A stretch of DNA of 64,000 bases, from assembly GCA_965205605.1 (NCBI GenBank), contig CBDBHE010000007.1:576229-640228 (forward strand), read 5' to 3'. The notes below the pieces were generated by a model. That model saw only the letters and a list, made by a program, of their open reading frames with translations, had not been told where the DNA came from and did no database searches. This DNA is from Spirochaetota bacterium. Lineage in GTDB: Bacteria > Spirochaetota > UBA12135 > COTS27 > CBDBHE01. The position numbers were made by a program, and so were the translations under genes. Of this stretch, positions 52,536-62,351 are shown piece after piece (position 1 is the first letter of the stretch; each line of letters opens with the position of its first letter).

Positions 52536-53486
52536 TTAAATGTTTAGAGCTTGAGGTTTGAGCCCTAAGGTTTTAAAAAGTTTTTGATCTTTTTGGCTTC
52601 CGAAGTTAGAAGTTGTTAGTAATTTTTCGCCTGAGAAAATAGAATTGACACCGGCTAAAAAAGAAAGAGTTTGAAGCTCGATGCTCATATTTTCTCTTCC
52701 AGCAGAAAGACGAAGGGTGGATTTTGGCATCAAAATACGAGCAGTTGCAATGGTGCGAATCATTTCAATGGGGTCAATAGGGTCGATGTTTTCAAGAGGA
52801 GTGCCTTTAATAGGGACCAATTGATTAATGGTAATGCTTTTTGGATGAGGTTTTTGAATGACTAATTGTCTTAAGAAAGAAATGCGATCTTCTTGGGATT
52901 CTCCCATTCCGAGGATGCCTCCGGTACAAACATAAATCCCTGCTTTTTTAACATGCTCAAGAGTTTCAAGTCTATCTGCATACGTCCTTGTTGTAACAAT
53001 TTTTTCATAATACTCAGGAGAAGTGTCTAGATTGTGGTTGTAATAATCAAGTCCTACTTGCTTTAATTTTTTCGCTTGAGCTTCATCGAGCATGCCTAAA
53101 GTCACACAAGTTTCTAAGTTTAGCTTTTTAATTTCTTTGATCATTTTTAAAATCGTTTCAAAGTTATGGTCATTTAAAATTTTTGTTCCAGAAGAACCCA
53201 TACAAAATCGACTCGACCCATTTTTTTTAGCAAGTTTAGCTTGATTGAGCACTTCTTTAAGATTCATTAGCTTACTTGGTTTAATAGAAGTATTGTAATA
53301 CTTACTTTGAGCACAATATTTACAATCTTCCTTACACCCTCCCGTTTTAATTGACAAGAGGGTAGATTTTTGAATGTGTTTACTAGAATGGTATTTACGG
53401 TGTTTTTTTTGAGCTAGAAAAATAAGGTCATTAATATTTTTAAGGTATATTTTTTTAATAAAATCTAAATGATATTTTTGTTTCAT
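52536..53486 (-). CDS. bioB: Biotin synthase
   Basis: Radical SAM KTGGCKEDCKYCAQS, YNHNLDTS, CTGGILGMGES and AGVNSIF. Confidence 0.95.
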   Translation of the reverse strand: MKQKYHLDFIKKIYLKNINDLIFLAQKKHRKYHSSKHIQKSTLLSIKTGGCKEDCKYCAQSKYYNTSIKPSKLMNLKEVLNQAKLAKKNGSSRFCMGSSGTKILNDHNFETILKMIKEIKKLNLETCVTLGMLDEAQAKKLKQVGLDYYNHNLDTSPEYYEKIVTTRTYADRLETLEHVKKAGIYVCTGGILGMGESQEDRISFLRQLVIQKPHPKSITINQLVPIKGTPLENIDPIDPIEMIRTIATARILMPKSTLRLSAGRENMSIELQTLSFLAGVNSIFSGEKLLTTSNFGSQKDQKLFKTLGLKPQALNI

Positions 53487-53598
53487 GGGATCCTATAAAG
53501 ATATTTTTAATTTTTTTTAAAAAAATTATTGTACCATCGAATAGAAAAAAAATTAGAAAGCTAAATGAAGAAACTTATTTTAAAATAAAGACTTAAAG

Positions 53599-54756
53599 AT
53601 GAATTTAGAAAAATATAAAAAAAATGGCCTTTTTATCATTGCTGAAGCAGGGGTTTGCCATCTGGGAGATCTTGAGAAAGGGTATGAAATGATCGAAAAA
53701 GCAGCTAATTGTGGTGTCAGTGCGGTTAAATTTCAACATGTTTTAGCGGATGAAATTGTTCTCCCTTCGGTGGGGGAGATTGAATTTACTGCACGAAGAG
53801 TAAACTTATATCAAAAATTTAAACAAATGGAGGTTTCTTTTCATTTTTTAAATAAACTCAAAGATTATTGTGAAAAAAAAAATGTTTTATTTTTGTGTTC
53901 TTCTTTTGGGCCTAAAAGTACTCAAGACCTCACAAAAATGAACGTAGAAGCTTATAAAATAGCTTCTCCTGAGCTGAATTATTATCCTTTATGGAGGCAA
54001 ATACTTTCTACTAAAAAACCAATTTTTTTTTCTACAGGCGTGAGTAAGCAAGTCGACATCGATCATTTAATGAGGCGTTTACTAGCAAAAAAGCCATTAA
54101 ATCAACTTGTTCTTTTTCATTGCATTACCCGATACCCCGCTTTAGAAAAAGAATCTAATTTACTCGTTTTACAAACCCTTAAACATCGTTATCATCTTTC
54201 CACAGGGATTTCAGACCATACTCAAGACCCTTACTTTATTCCTTTGCTTTCTTGTGCTTTAAAACAAAGTTTTAAACAAACTTTGTATTTAGAAAAACAT
54301 TTTACTTTAGATAAAAATTCTGCTGGGCTTGATGATATCATTTCTGTAGACCCAAATGAACTAAAAGAGCTTTGCCTGCGACTTAAACAAATCGTTGATT
54401 ACTTTAAAGAAAAAAAACCTTTGAAAAATCTTAATAAAGAAACAATTCTCCCCCATATGACTAAAGTGCTTCCTTATCAAGAAAGCCGTATTAAAGAAGC
54501 TTTGGGAAATGGTCTCAAGAAACTTGCTAATTGTGAAAAATCAAATTATCTTACTTCTAATAGGAGTCTTTTTTCGATTAAAAATCTTAGTAAAGGTGAA
54601 ACTTTATCTTGGGATAAAGTTGCTTATTTTAGATCTGAAAAAAATTTATTACCTGGGCTTTCTCATTATTATGATGCTTTTGTTTCGAAAATGAAGACCA
54701 AACAAGCTATTGAATGTAAACAAGCCATTCGTTTGGATAACGTTTCTTTTTTTTAA
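53599..54756 (+). CDS. NeuB-family sialic/nonulosonic acid synthase-like protein with C-terminal SAF-like domain
   Basis: FIIAEAGVCHLGDLEKGYEMIEKAANCGVSAVKFQ, YKIASPEL and GISDHT. The substrate cannot be assigned. Confidence 0.7.
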   Translation: MNLEKYKKNGLFIIAEAGVCHLGDLEKGYEMIEKAANCGVSAVKFQHVLADEIVLPSVGEIEFTARRVNLYQKFKQMEVSFHFLNKLKDYCEKKNVLFLCSSFGPKSTQDLTKMNVEAYKIASPELNYYPLWRQILSTKKPIFFSTGVSKQVDIDHLMRRLLAKKPLNQLVLFHCITRYPALEKESNLLVLQTLKHRYHLSTGISDHTQDPYFIPLLSCALKQSFKQTLYLEKHFTLDKNSAGLDDIISVDPNELKELCLRLKQIVDYFKEKKPLKNLNKETILPHMTKVLPYQESRIKEALGNGLKKLANCEKSNYLTSNRSLFSIKNLSKGETLSWDKVAYFRSEKNLLPGLSHYYDAFVSKMKTKQAIECKQAIRLDNVSFF

Positions 54757-54767
54757 AGAAAAAATCA

Positions 54768-55502
54768 ATGAGACTACAAAAATTTTTGAGGGATCAAGGA
54801 ATCGCTTCTTTACGTAAGTGCGATGAGCTCATTCAAGAACAAAAAATATTTGTTAATGGAGCGGTTATTAAAGAGCCTACTTATTATTTAAATCCAACTG
54901 ACACCGTCTCTTATAAAAATCAGTCTTTTATTTATGAAGAAAAAAAAACAAATCACATTTACCTTAAACTACATAAACCAAAGGGAGTGTTGTGTTCGCA
55001 TACAGATGATTTTAAAAGAAAAACGATTTTTGATTTAATTGATAAAAAAAAATTTCATCGTTTGTTTTTTGCAGGAAGATTGGATTTGGATGCTAGAGGA
55101 CTGGTGATTCTTTCTTCGAATGGTCTTTTTGTTCAGTATTTGTCCCATCCTTCTTGTAAACAAAAAAAAGAATACATTGTTAAAACACAAAAAAAAATCG
55201 ATGAGAGAAGATTAAGAGTTGCTTGTAGGGGCATTAAAATTGAACGACAACAGTATGCTTCTTTTTCATATAAGATCTTAGATACTTTTTCTTTTAAGAT
55301 TTGGCTTCGAGAAGGAAAAAAAAGAGAAATTAAAGAAATTATTGCTTGGGCTGGAAATGAAGTTGTTGATCTAAAAAGATTGAGTGTGGGAGCTTACTTT
55401 TTGGGAAATTTACAAGAAAGACATTACGAATCTTTTTTACCTATAGAAAAAGATCAAGAGGAAATGAAAAAATTGATGAGTTTAAAAAATGAAAAAAAAT
55501 AA
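54768..55502 (+). CDS. RsuA/RluB-family pseudouridine synthase with N-terminal S4 domain
   Basis: MRLQKFLRDQGIASLRKCDELI..V.VNG and the catalytic GRLDLDARGLVILSSNG. Confidence 0.85.
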   Translation: MRLQKFLRDQGIASLRKCDELIQEQKIFVNGAVIKEPTYYLNPTDTVSYKNQSFIYEEKKTNHIYLKLHKPKGVLCSHTDDFKRKTIFDLIDKKKFHRLFFAGRLDLDARGLVILSSNGLFVQYLSHPSCKQKKEYIVKTQKKIDERRLRVACRGIKIERQQYASFSYKILDTFSFKIWLREGKKREIKEIIAWAGNEVVDLKRLSVGAYFLGNLQERHYESFLPIEKDQEEMKKLMSLKNEKK

Positions 55503-56574
55503 TTTTGAAGAAATTTTAAAAAAGTCTCGAAATGAAATTGATTCGATAGATTTGAGTATTTTAAAGTTAATCCAAAAAAGAGTCAAAAAAGTTTTAGAAA
55601 TAGGAGAGGTGAAACATCAAAATCACTTACCTGTTTATTACCCTAAAAGAGAGCAAAAAATTATTGAGCGTCTTATAAAAAATAATTTTAATTCTTCCTT
55701 TCCTAATGAATCCCTTGAAAGTATTTATCAAGAAATCATTAGTGCTTGTCGCTGTTTAGAATCTCCTCTTAAAGTTGGTTATTTAGGCCCTGAGGGATCT
55801 TATTGCAATCTAGCAGCTGCTGAGCAATTTGGAAAAAATGTGACTTTAACACCTTATCAAAATATTAAAGATGTTTTTGAACAAGTCCAAAATAAACAAG
55901 AAAATTATGGTGTCGTTCCTATTGAAAACAGTAATGAAGGCATTGTAAGTCTGACTTTAGATTTATTTAGCGACTATGAGGTACAAATTTTTTCTCAAAA
56001 ATACTTATCAATTGAGCATTCTCTTTTATCAAAAACAAAAACCCTTTCTGAAATTACAGATATTTATACTCATTCCCATGCGTTTGGTCAATGTCGATTG
56101 TGGCTTCAAAAAAACCTGCCGTCTATAAAATTTCATGAAACTACCTCCACTTCTTCCGCAGCAAAATTAGTTTCTAAAAAAATTAATGCTGCCGCCATTG
56201 CTTCACCAGTCAATGCCAAAATTTATCACCTTTATCTTTTAAAAAAAGGAATCCAAGATCATAAACAAAATGTCACTCGTTTTATTATTCTTTCAAAAAA
56301 CAAATCTCCTTTGGAAGCTAAAGAAAGTTTGACCACTATTTTATTTGCTTTAAAAGATAGACCGGGAGCTCTTTTTGAAATTTTAAATATTTTGGCTAAA
56401 AAAAAGATTAATCTTTCTAGTATTACTTCAAGACCTTCAAAAAAACAACCTTTCCAATATTCTTTTTATATCGATTTACAAGGGCATATAAAACAACCTA
56501 TGATTGCATCTGCTTTGGAGAAAATTAAAAAAAAATCGGTTTTTTTTAAACTTTTAGGATCATACCCTAAATAA
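55489..56574 (+). CDS. pheA: Bifunctional chorismate mutase / prephenate dehydratase (P-protein)
   Basis: N-terminal CM_2 helix region (IDSIDLSILKLIQKR), the PDT domain VGYLGPEGSY...VPIENSNEG, TRFIIL, and the ACT domain with ITSRPS. Confidence 0.9.
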   Translation: MKKNNFEEILKKSRNEIDSIDLSILKLIQKRVKKVLEIGEVKHQNHLPVYYPKREQKIIERLIKNNFNSSFPNESLESIYQEIISACRCLESPLKVGYLGPEGSYCNLAAAEQFGKNVTLTPYQNIKDVFEQVQNKQENYGVVPIENSNEGIVSLTLDLFSDYEVQIFSQKYLSIEHSLLSKTKTLSEITDIYTHSHAFGQCRLWLQKNLPSIKFHETTSTSSAAKLVSKKINAAAIASPVNAKIYHLYLLKKGIQDHKQNVTRFIILSKNKSPLEAKESLTTILFALKDRPGALFEILNILAKKKINLSSITSRPSKKQPFQYSFYIDLQGHIKQPMIASALEKIKKKSVFFKLLGSYPK

Positions 56575-56597
56575 ATGAATCTATAAAAACATTTTGA

Positions 56598-57959
56598 CTA
56601 GCGATCAAAACTAGAGAAAATTTGCAAACTATTTCGATATTTACTGACGGTTCTTCTTGCGACAGTGTAGCCTTTTTTCTTTAAAATTTCAGTAATATTT
56701 TGGTCACTTAATTTTTTTGTTGTTGAGTATTCTTCTAAAATAACTTTGATCATGTTTTTAATTTTATCCGCTGAGATAATTTGCTCTTTATGTTTGATAC
56801 CGCTTGTAAAAAAAACTCTTAAATTTAAAAGACCCCATTTGGTTTGAACATATTTTTTATTGACAATACGACTTAAAGTTCCTTGATTAATGCCTGTTTT
56901 TTCAGAAAGCTCTCTTAAGGTATAGGCTTTTAAATGCCCAAATCCTTTTTTCAAAAAAACATCTTGTTTTTTAATAAGATGAGTGAGAATTTTTTTAAGG
57001 TGGCTTTGGCGGTACTCGATACTTTCTAAAAGTTGATTGGCTTTGGTAGACTTTTCTTGTAAATAATTTTTCAATTCTTGATTTTTTTGTTGGTGAAGAT
57101 ATGGTTTATATTCTTGGTTGTAAGTCATTTTAGGAAAAAAATCATTATTAATTTTAACTTCAAATCCACTTTCTTTTTCTAAAATGTGGGCATCGGGGAG
57201 AATGTATTGAATTTGTTCTGTTTGATAGGGTCTAGAGGGTTTTGGCTCTAACATAGAAATATTTTTTAAAGCTTTTTTAACTCTTTGAAGGGAATGATTG
57301 GTTTTTTTGGCAATGGTTTCATATTTTTTTTTTTGAAGTAAATCAAAATATTCCTTAATGATTTGTTTTTCTAAGATGACGTGATCGGGCTTGAATTGAA
57401 TTAATTGCACTAGGAGAGATTCTTGTAAGTTAGCACAAGCGATGCCTAAAGGAGAAAATTTTTTTATTTCTTCTAGTACGATTTTGACTAGGGATTCATG
57501 GGCTTTGGTTTGTTGGGCGATGAGAGGGATTTGAGTTGTGGGTAAATAGCCATCATTATTTAGAGAGCTAATAATATATTCTCCAATGCTGTAATACTTT
57601 GATTTTTTGGGATAAACAATCCTTAGTTGCTCGATTAAATCATCACTTAAATATTTTTTTTCACTAACAGATTGTTCAATAATATCGGTGGGACTGATGT
57701 AAGAAGTATTTTTTTTATAAGAAAGAAAATCTTCTTTATTGCTAAATTCTTTGTACTCAATAGTAGGGTTTTCATTAGAGTTAGAAGAAAGAGAGGGAGT
57801 GATTTCTTCGAGAAAAGGATTTTCTTCAAGTTCTTCAGAGATGTGTTGCAAAAGTTGGGGGAGGGGGTAGTGGACAATTTTTAAAGTTTGGATGAGCTGG
57901 GGAGTAATGGCAAATTTTTGAGCTTGCTTTTGTTGAATTGATAATTTTCCCTCTAGCAT
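56598..57959 (-). CDS. rpoN: RNA polymerase sigma-54 factor
   Basis: N-terminal Gln-rich region I (LSIQQKQAQKFAITPQLIQTLKI), the HTH, and the RpoN box ARRTVSKYR. Confidence 0.95.
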   Translation of the reverse strand: MLEGKLSIQQKQAQKFAITPQLIQTLKIVHYPLPQLLQHISEELEENPFLEEITPSLSSNSNENPTIEYKEFSNKEDFLSYKKNTSYISPTDIIEQSVSEKKYLSDDLIEQLRIVYPKKSKYYSIGEYIISSLNNDGYLPTTQIPLIAQQTKAHESLVKIVLEEIKKFSPLGIACANLQESLLVQLIQFKPDHVILEKQIIKEYFDLLQKKKYETIAKKTNHSLQRVKKALKNISMLEPKPSRPYQTEQIQYILPDAHILEKESGFEVKINNDFFPKMTYNQEYKPYLHQQKNQELKNYLQEKSTKANQLLESIEYRQSHLKKILTHLIKKQDVFLKKGFGHLKAYTLRELSEKTGINQGTLSRIVNKKYVQTKWGLLNLRVFFTSGIKHKEQIISADKIKNMIKVILEEYSTTKKLSDQNITEILKKKGYTVARRTVSKYRNSLQIFSSFDR

Positions 57960-57986
57960 TTATTTTTATTTGAAAAACACAATCGT

Positions 57987-58709
57987 TTAAAGTTTAAAAT
58001 CTTCCCCTAGATAAATTTCTCTAGCTTTTTTACTTTTTATAAGTTCTTTTGCGGTGCCATGAATTAAAATTTTTCCATCAGAAATAATATAAGCTTTATC
58101 GACAATTTTTAGAGTTTCTCTGACATTATGATCTGTAATTAAAACCCCAATATTCATTTTTTTGATTTGCTGAATAATATTTTGAATGTCTTTAATCGCT
58201 AGTGGATCAACCCCTGCAAAAGGTTCATCTAAAAGGAGTATTTTAGGATCACAAGCGATGGCTCTGGCAATTTCGACTCTTCTTCTTTCGCCACCTGATA
58301 AGGTATGTCCTTTTTGTTTTCTAATATGTTGGACATTAAATTGCTTGAGTAAAGTAATACATCTTTTCTTTCTTTTAATGGCACTTTTTTCTTTAGGTTC
58401 TAAGACAGCTAAAATATTTTCTTCAACACTTAGCTTTCTAAAAATAGAAGCTTCCTGAGGTAAATAACCAATGCCAATATTAGCACGTTTATACATGGGA
58501 AGAGAAGTAACGTTTTCATCTTGAAAATAAATATTGCCAGAATTGGGTTTTACAAGTCCTACAGTGATATAAAAAGTAGTCGTTTTTCCTGCCCCATTAG
58601 GACCAAGTAAGCCGATGATTTCTCCTTGAGTAATGTTAAAAGAAATATTATGAATAATGATTCTTTTATTATAAGATTTTGAAATTTTATTTAAGATTAA
58701 AGTTTTCAT
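57987..58709 (-). CDS. lptB: LPS export ABC transporter ATP-binding protein
   Basis: GPNGAGKTT, LSGGERRRVEIARA and LLLDEPFAGVDP. Position between lptA and rpoN. Confidence 0.93.
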   Translation of the reverse strand: MKTLILNKISKSYNKRIIIHNISFNITQGEIIGLLGPNGAGKTTTFYITVGLVKPNSGNIYFQDENVTSLPMYKRANIGIGYLPQEASIFRKLSVEENILAVLEPKEKSAIKRKKRCITLLKQFNVQHIRKQKGHTLSGGERRRVEIARAIACDPKILLLDEPFAGVDPLAIKDIQNIIQQIKKMNIGVLITDHNVRETLKIVDKAYIISDGKILIHGTAKELIKSKKAREIYLGEDFKL

Positions 58710-58727
58710 CTTGTTTAAGCCTAGTTT

Positions 58728-59804
58728 TTATTGAGGGAAAACCCCTTCAATGGCGTTATTCATCTTAATATCTTTGCTTTTTAAATTGAAGGTGATATTT
58801 TCTGAAATAAACTTAGAACGGTCTTTTTTTAAATAAGCATCCCCATAGAGAATCGCTTCATCACTTTCGGTGTTATATAAAGCTAAAAGAGCAGAAGCAG
58901 TTACATCTTTTGTGGTGATTTTAACGTCTCCTTTAATATAGAGTAATTTTTCATCTTCAAATTTTTCTAATAGAGTGCCTTTAATGACTAAATTTTCTTT
59001 AGTGTTTTTAAAAACAGGGTTTTTTTTTGCAATCGTATACCCTTTATTGGGTAAATGTTTAATATAGTTTGCGAAAATAGTTGAAGTATCATTATAGTTA
59101 GAAATACTAGCATGATTATAAAAATGAAAAACTTCTTCTTTTGAATAAGTGTAATTTACCTTTTCTGCTTTAATGAGAGAGTTTTCTTTTTGAGTTTTGT
59201 TATCTAACATATAAATTTTAACATCATCACTAAGCCATATCTCTTTTTTTTTAAAATGACATTGAATAAATTTTGAAGTGGTGTAAACATTAGTTCGTTT
59301 AATTTCGCAATCATTGGATAAAAGTAAAATAGAGTGATTTAAATAATAGGTTGCTTCATTACCATTGATTTCAAATGGATTTTTTGGAGGTAGAGAGGTA
59401 ATTTTGACATTTGTATAAGCATATAATTTATTTTTTTTTAATTCTCCATAAAAAGCGTCAGCTTCAATAAGAAGATTTTCTTCTTCTTGTTTGATACTTG
59501 ATCTTTTTTTAGACCAGATGAGCTCTTTTTTGTAGTTGTATTTTAAGTATTGTCCTTTATAAGAGAGTTTTTTTTTTTTATTTTGAAATTTTACGTTTCC
59601 TGTTGCGATGCTTATTTTTGCTTTCTCATCGATATCAATTTTATTAGCAAAGAGAGAACTGCTTTTGCTTTTTATTTTGGCATTTCCAATAAGAATAATT
59701 TTTTTTGTTTTTTGATTATATTTTACTTGATTGGCTTGGTAAGAGATTTTTTCAGCAAAAGTAAATAAGGAGACAAAAAAAATAATAAACAAGTATTTTT
59801 TCAC
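58728..59804 (-). CDS. lptA: OstA/LptA-domain periplasmic protein (about twice the usual LptA length)
   Basis: Signal peptide MKKYLFIIFFVSLFTFA. OstA-like beta-jellyroll pattern (A..V.Y......I.L.GNA.I......L.A..I..D). The synteny is lptC-lptA-lptB. Confidence 0.7.
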   Translation of the reverse strand: MKKYLFIIFFVSLFTFAEKISYQANQVKYNQKTKKIILIGNAKIKSKSSSLFANKIDIDEKAKISIATGNVKFQNKKKKLSYKGQYLKYNYKKELIWSKKRSSIKQEEENLLIEADAFYGELKKNKLYAYTNVKITSLPPKNPFEINGNEATYYLNHSILLLSNDCEIKRTNVYTTSKFIQCHFKKKEIWLSDDVKIYMLDNKTQKENSLIKAEKVNYTYSKEEVFHFYNHASISNYNDTSTIFANYIKHLPNKGYTIAKKNPVFKNTKENLVIKGTLLEKFEDEKLLYIKGDVKITTKDVTASALLALYNTESDEAILYGDAYLKKDRSKFISENITFNLKSKDIKMNNAIEGVFPQ

Positions 59805-60353
59805 TTATAACCTTTGCTTTACTCCTTTAACATTACTTAAAAAGGTAATATTTTGTAAATTTTTGTCTGATTGAAAGCCGATTCCTGAGATAACTTCGTT
59901 GTTAGGTTGTTTAATGGTTACACGAGTAGGGGAAGTTAATAACTGTTTTTCATGATCCCAAAAAAAATAATTTCCTTGAATAATTGTTTTTTTATTAGCG
60001 TGAGTGATGAGGACTTTATTACTCAAAATAATATTTTTAGTATTATTATCTAAATGACCGTATTCTGCTTTAATTTGAGTTAAGACGTTGCCATTTTTAT
60101 CGAGATGATTCATTTCGATAGAATTAAGAATGAGTAAGTTTTGTTTTTCAAAAATTTTGGCATTAATCCCTTTGAGTTGCCAGTTTTTAATGACACCGGT
60201 GTAAAGCTCTGTTTGAAAATTTTTAATAATGGCATCTTCGAAAGTGTTGGGATTAATTTTTTTCTTTTTTGCTATTTCAGGATTAAATTTAGAACATGAA
60301 ATCACTAAGCATAAAGCTAATAAAAAGGAAATTTTTTTAAAAAAAGACATCAT
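59805..60353 (-). CDS. lptC: LptC-like protein, predicted lipoprotein
   Basis: Lipobox-like LALCLVISC at the N-terminus, a size of about 180 aa, and the position immediately upstream of lptA. Confidence 0.65.
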   Translation of the reverse strand: MMSFFKKISFLLALCLVISCSKFNPEIAKKKKINPNTFEDAIIKNFQTELYTGVIKNWQLKGINAKIFEKQNLLILNSIEMNHLDKNGNVLTQIKAEYGHLDNNTKNIILSNKVLITHANKKTIIQGNYFFWDHEKQLLTSPTRVTIKQPNNEVISGIGFQSDKNLQNITFLSNVKGVKQRL

Positions 60354-60479
60354 AACTCTTCTAATAATTATACTCTGTTTTAAAATCTCTTTGATGAATT
60401 AATTTTCTAATGAGTTTTTCAAATGTTTTAAGTAACGGTTTTTCAATTTAATAAAAAAATTTTCAAAAAAATTAAAAGT

Positions 60480-60508
60480 TTGATTAAAAAAGAGATGTAT
60501 TTTACAAT
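60480..60508 (+). promoter_or_regulatory. Candidate sigma-70 promoter for rpsT (TTGATT-17 nt-TACAAT)
   Basis: TTGATT at 60480..60485, a 17-nt spacer, then TACAAT at 60503..60508, about 30 nt upstream of the rpsT start. Pattern match only. Confidence 0.55.
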
Positions 60509-60538
60509 AAGTAAAATTTTTAATTAAAAGAGAAATTA

Positions 60539-60835
60539 TTGCCAAATTTAAGATCAAATGCAAAAAGTGTTCGCAAAGATAAAAAAAAACGTCTTAAAAA
60601 CCGAACGGTAAGATCTAAAATACATACGTTAGCAAAAAGAATTGATACACTGGCTAAAGAAAACAAACAAGAGGAAGCTGTTTTGATTTTAAATCAATAT
60701 TATAAAGCCATTGATAAAGCGTCTTCAAAAGGTATTTTCAAAAAAAATAATGTTGGTAGAAAAAAATCTAGAATGGCTAAGTTGATTTCTTCTGTAAAAG
60801 AAAATTTATCTAAAACTAAAAAACCAGCAACTTAA
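60539..60835 (+). CDS. rpsT: 30S ribosomal protein S20
   Basis: PNLRSNAKSVRKDKKKRLKNRTVRSKIHT. Basic, 98 aa, TTG start. Confidence 0.9.
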   Translation: MPNLRSNAKSVRKDKKKRLKNRTVRSKIHTLAKRIDTLAKENKQEEAVLILNQYYKAIDKASSKGIFKKNNVGRKKSRMAKLISSVKENLSKTKKPAT

Positions 60836-60846
60836 ACGAGGAAAAT

Positions 60847-61116
60847 ATGAATTTAAAAGAACTTTCATCTGCTTTATGGGAAAAATTACCTTATAAAGAG
60901 AGTAAAAATAACACTGAAATTATGCTTAATGTTTTATTTGAAGTAATTTCGTCTACTTTGAAAAAAGGAGAAGAAGTTAAAGTAAAAGGGTTTGGTTCCT
61001 TTAAAGTAGTTACGGTTAAAGGTGGTATGAAGAAATTGCCTGGACAAACCGTTGCGAAAATGTATCCAGATAAACAAAAAGTTAAATTTATCCCTAGTTC
61101 AAACCTTAAATTTTAA
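60847..61116 (+). CDS. hup: HU/IHF-family DNA-binding protein (divergent beta-arm)
   Basis: 89 aa. V.GFGSFKVV and a C-terminal KFIPSSNLK. The arm region lacks the usual R-N-P signature. Confidence 0.75.
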   Translation: MNLKELSSALWEKLPYKESKNNTEIMLNVLFEVISSTLKKGEEVKVKGFGSFKVVTVKGGMKKLPGQTVAKMYPDKQKVKFIPSSNLKF

Positions 61117-61149
61117 ATAACTTTGTTTTAATTTTATAAATATTTCGCA

Positions 61150-61761
61150 ATGAGCTTCAAATTAATTGCGCTATATCTTTTGCCTTTTATTACAGCAGGG
61201 GTCGGTTGGCTTACTAATTATATTGCTGTTAAAATGCTTTTTCGTCCCAGGAAGCCAATTTCTTTTTTCTTTTTTAAAGTTCAAGGTATTTTTCCTAAAA
61301 GGCAACTTGCTTTAAGTGAAAAATTAGGAGAGCTTGTTTCTAAAGAACTTTTTTCTATTGAAGATATCAAAAAAAATCTTGATCAAAGGGCCCTGCAGCA
61401 TACTTTTTTAAAAGCAATTGAAGAAAGAATTGATTATTTTTTAGAGGTGCGCCTTAAAGAAGAAATGCCTCTTGCAACAATGTTTTTAAGCGATGACCTT
61501 AAAGGCAAGATTAAAGCCACGTTAATAAATGAAGTCAAACTTTTTTTGCCTGAGATGTTTGAAAAACTTCTTTTAGGGTTAGAAGAAAAAATTGATATTA
61601 AGCAAATTGTTTATGAAAAAGTTCGAAATTTTTCTATTGATAAATTAGAAGATATCCTTTTATCTATTATGAAAAAAGAGTTTCGCTTTATAGAGCTTAT
61701 AGGGGCTTTTTTAGGCTTTATTATAGGGCTTTTTCAGGTATCACTTTTTTTTTACTTTTAA
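61150..61761 (+). CDS. DUF445-family membrane protein
   Basis: GVGWLTNYIAVKMLFRPRKP and QGIFPKRQ, with a C-terminal TM segment. Confidence 0.7.
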   Translation: MSFKLIALYLLPFITAGVGWLTNYIAVKMLFRPRKPISFFFFKVQGIFPKRQLALSEKLGELVSKELFSIEDIKKNLDQRALQHTFLKAIEERIDYFLEVRLKEEMPLATMFLSDDLKGKIKATLINEVKLFLPEMFEKLLLGLEEKIDIKQIVYEKVRNFSIDKLEDILLSIMKKEFRFIELIGAFLGFIIGLFQVSLFFYF

Positions 61762-62351
61762 ATAATTTTGTTTAAAAAGGCATCTATTTTTTTATAAAGA
61801 ATTTGGATAGTGTCGTTATTAAAAATTTTAAAGTCAGAAAATGCAATTGGACCTCCTTTTGCCAAGTTTTCGATTTCGCTAATGTCTCTTTTTTTTGCTT
61901 TTTTATTATCTAAAGGCCTTTCTTTTCTTATCGCTAGTCTTTTGTAACGAAGTTTTTTATCTGTAAAAATTTCAATTAAATAAATTTTATTTTTTAATTT
62001 TTTTTCTAAAAAAGAATATTCTTGCCAGCTATAAAGTCCATCAATGTAAATAATAGAATGGTTTTTTAACAATTTTTTTATCTTTTGAAAAGAGATTTTT
62101 GCAAAAGCAGCCATTCCATATTGTTTTCTTAATTTTTCTCTAACGATTTTTTCATTTTTACTATTTAAAGGGATGTTATTTTTTTTTAAATCGTCTAAAA
62201 CTATTTTTCCAAAATAAATACCCGTATAACCTTTTTGTTGAAGGTACTTGGAAACAGATGACTTACCACAACCACACATGCCGACTAAAGCAATAATTTG
62301 AGCTGAAGAGTGATTAGTTTTTTGGGATGGGAAGGTCTTTGGTAATGGCAT
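61758..62351 (-). CDS. P-loop nucleotide kinase-like protein (dephospho-CoA kinase-like / UPF0200-like)
   Basis: P-loop IIALVGMCGCGKSS, with a lid-like R-rich segment RYKRLAIRKERP. I chose the ATG at 62351. The track uses the TTG at 62381. Either start overlaps the upstream phosphohexomutase gene. Confidence 0.65.
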   Translation of the reverse strand: MPLPKTFPSQKTNHSSAQIIALVGMCGCGKSSVSKYLQQKGYTGIYFGKIVLDDLKKNNIPLNSKNEKIVREKLRKQYGMAAFAKISFQKIKKLLKNHSIIYIDGLYSWQEYSFLEKKLKNKIYLIEIFTDKKLRYKRLAIRKERPLDNKKAKKRDISEIENLAKGGPIAFSDFKIFNNDTIQILYKKIDAFLNKII

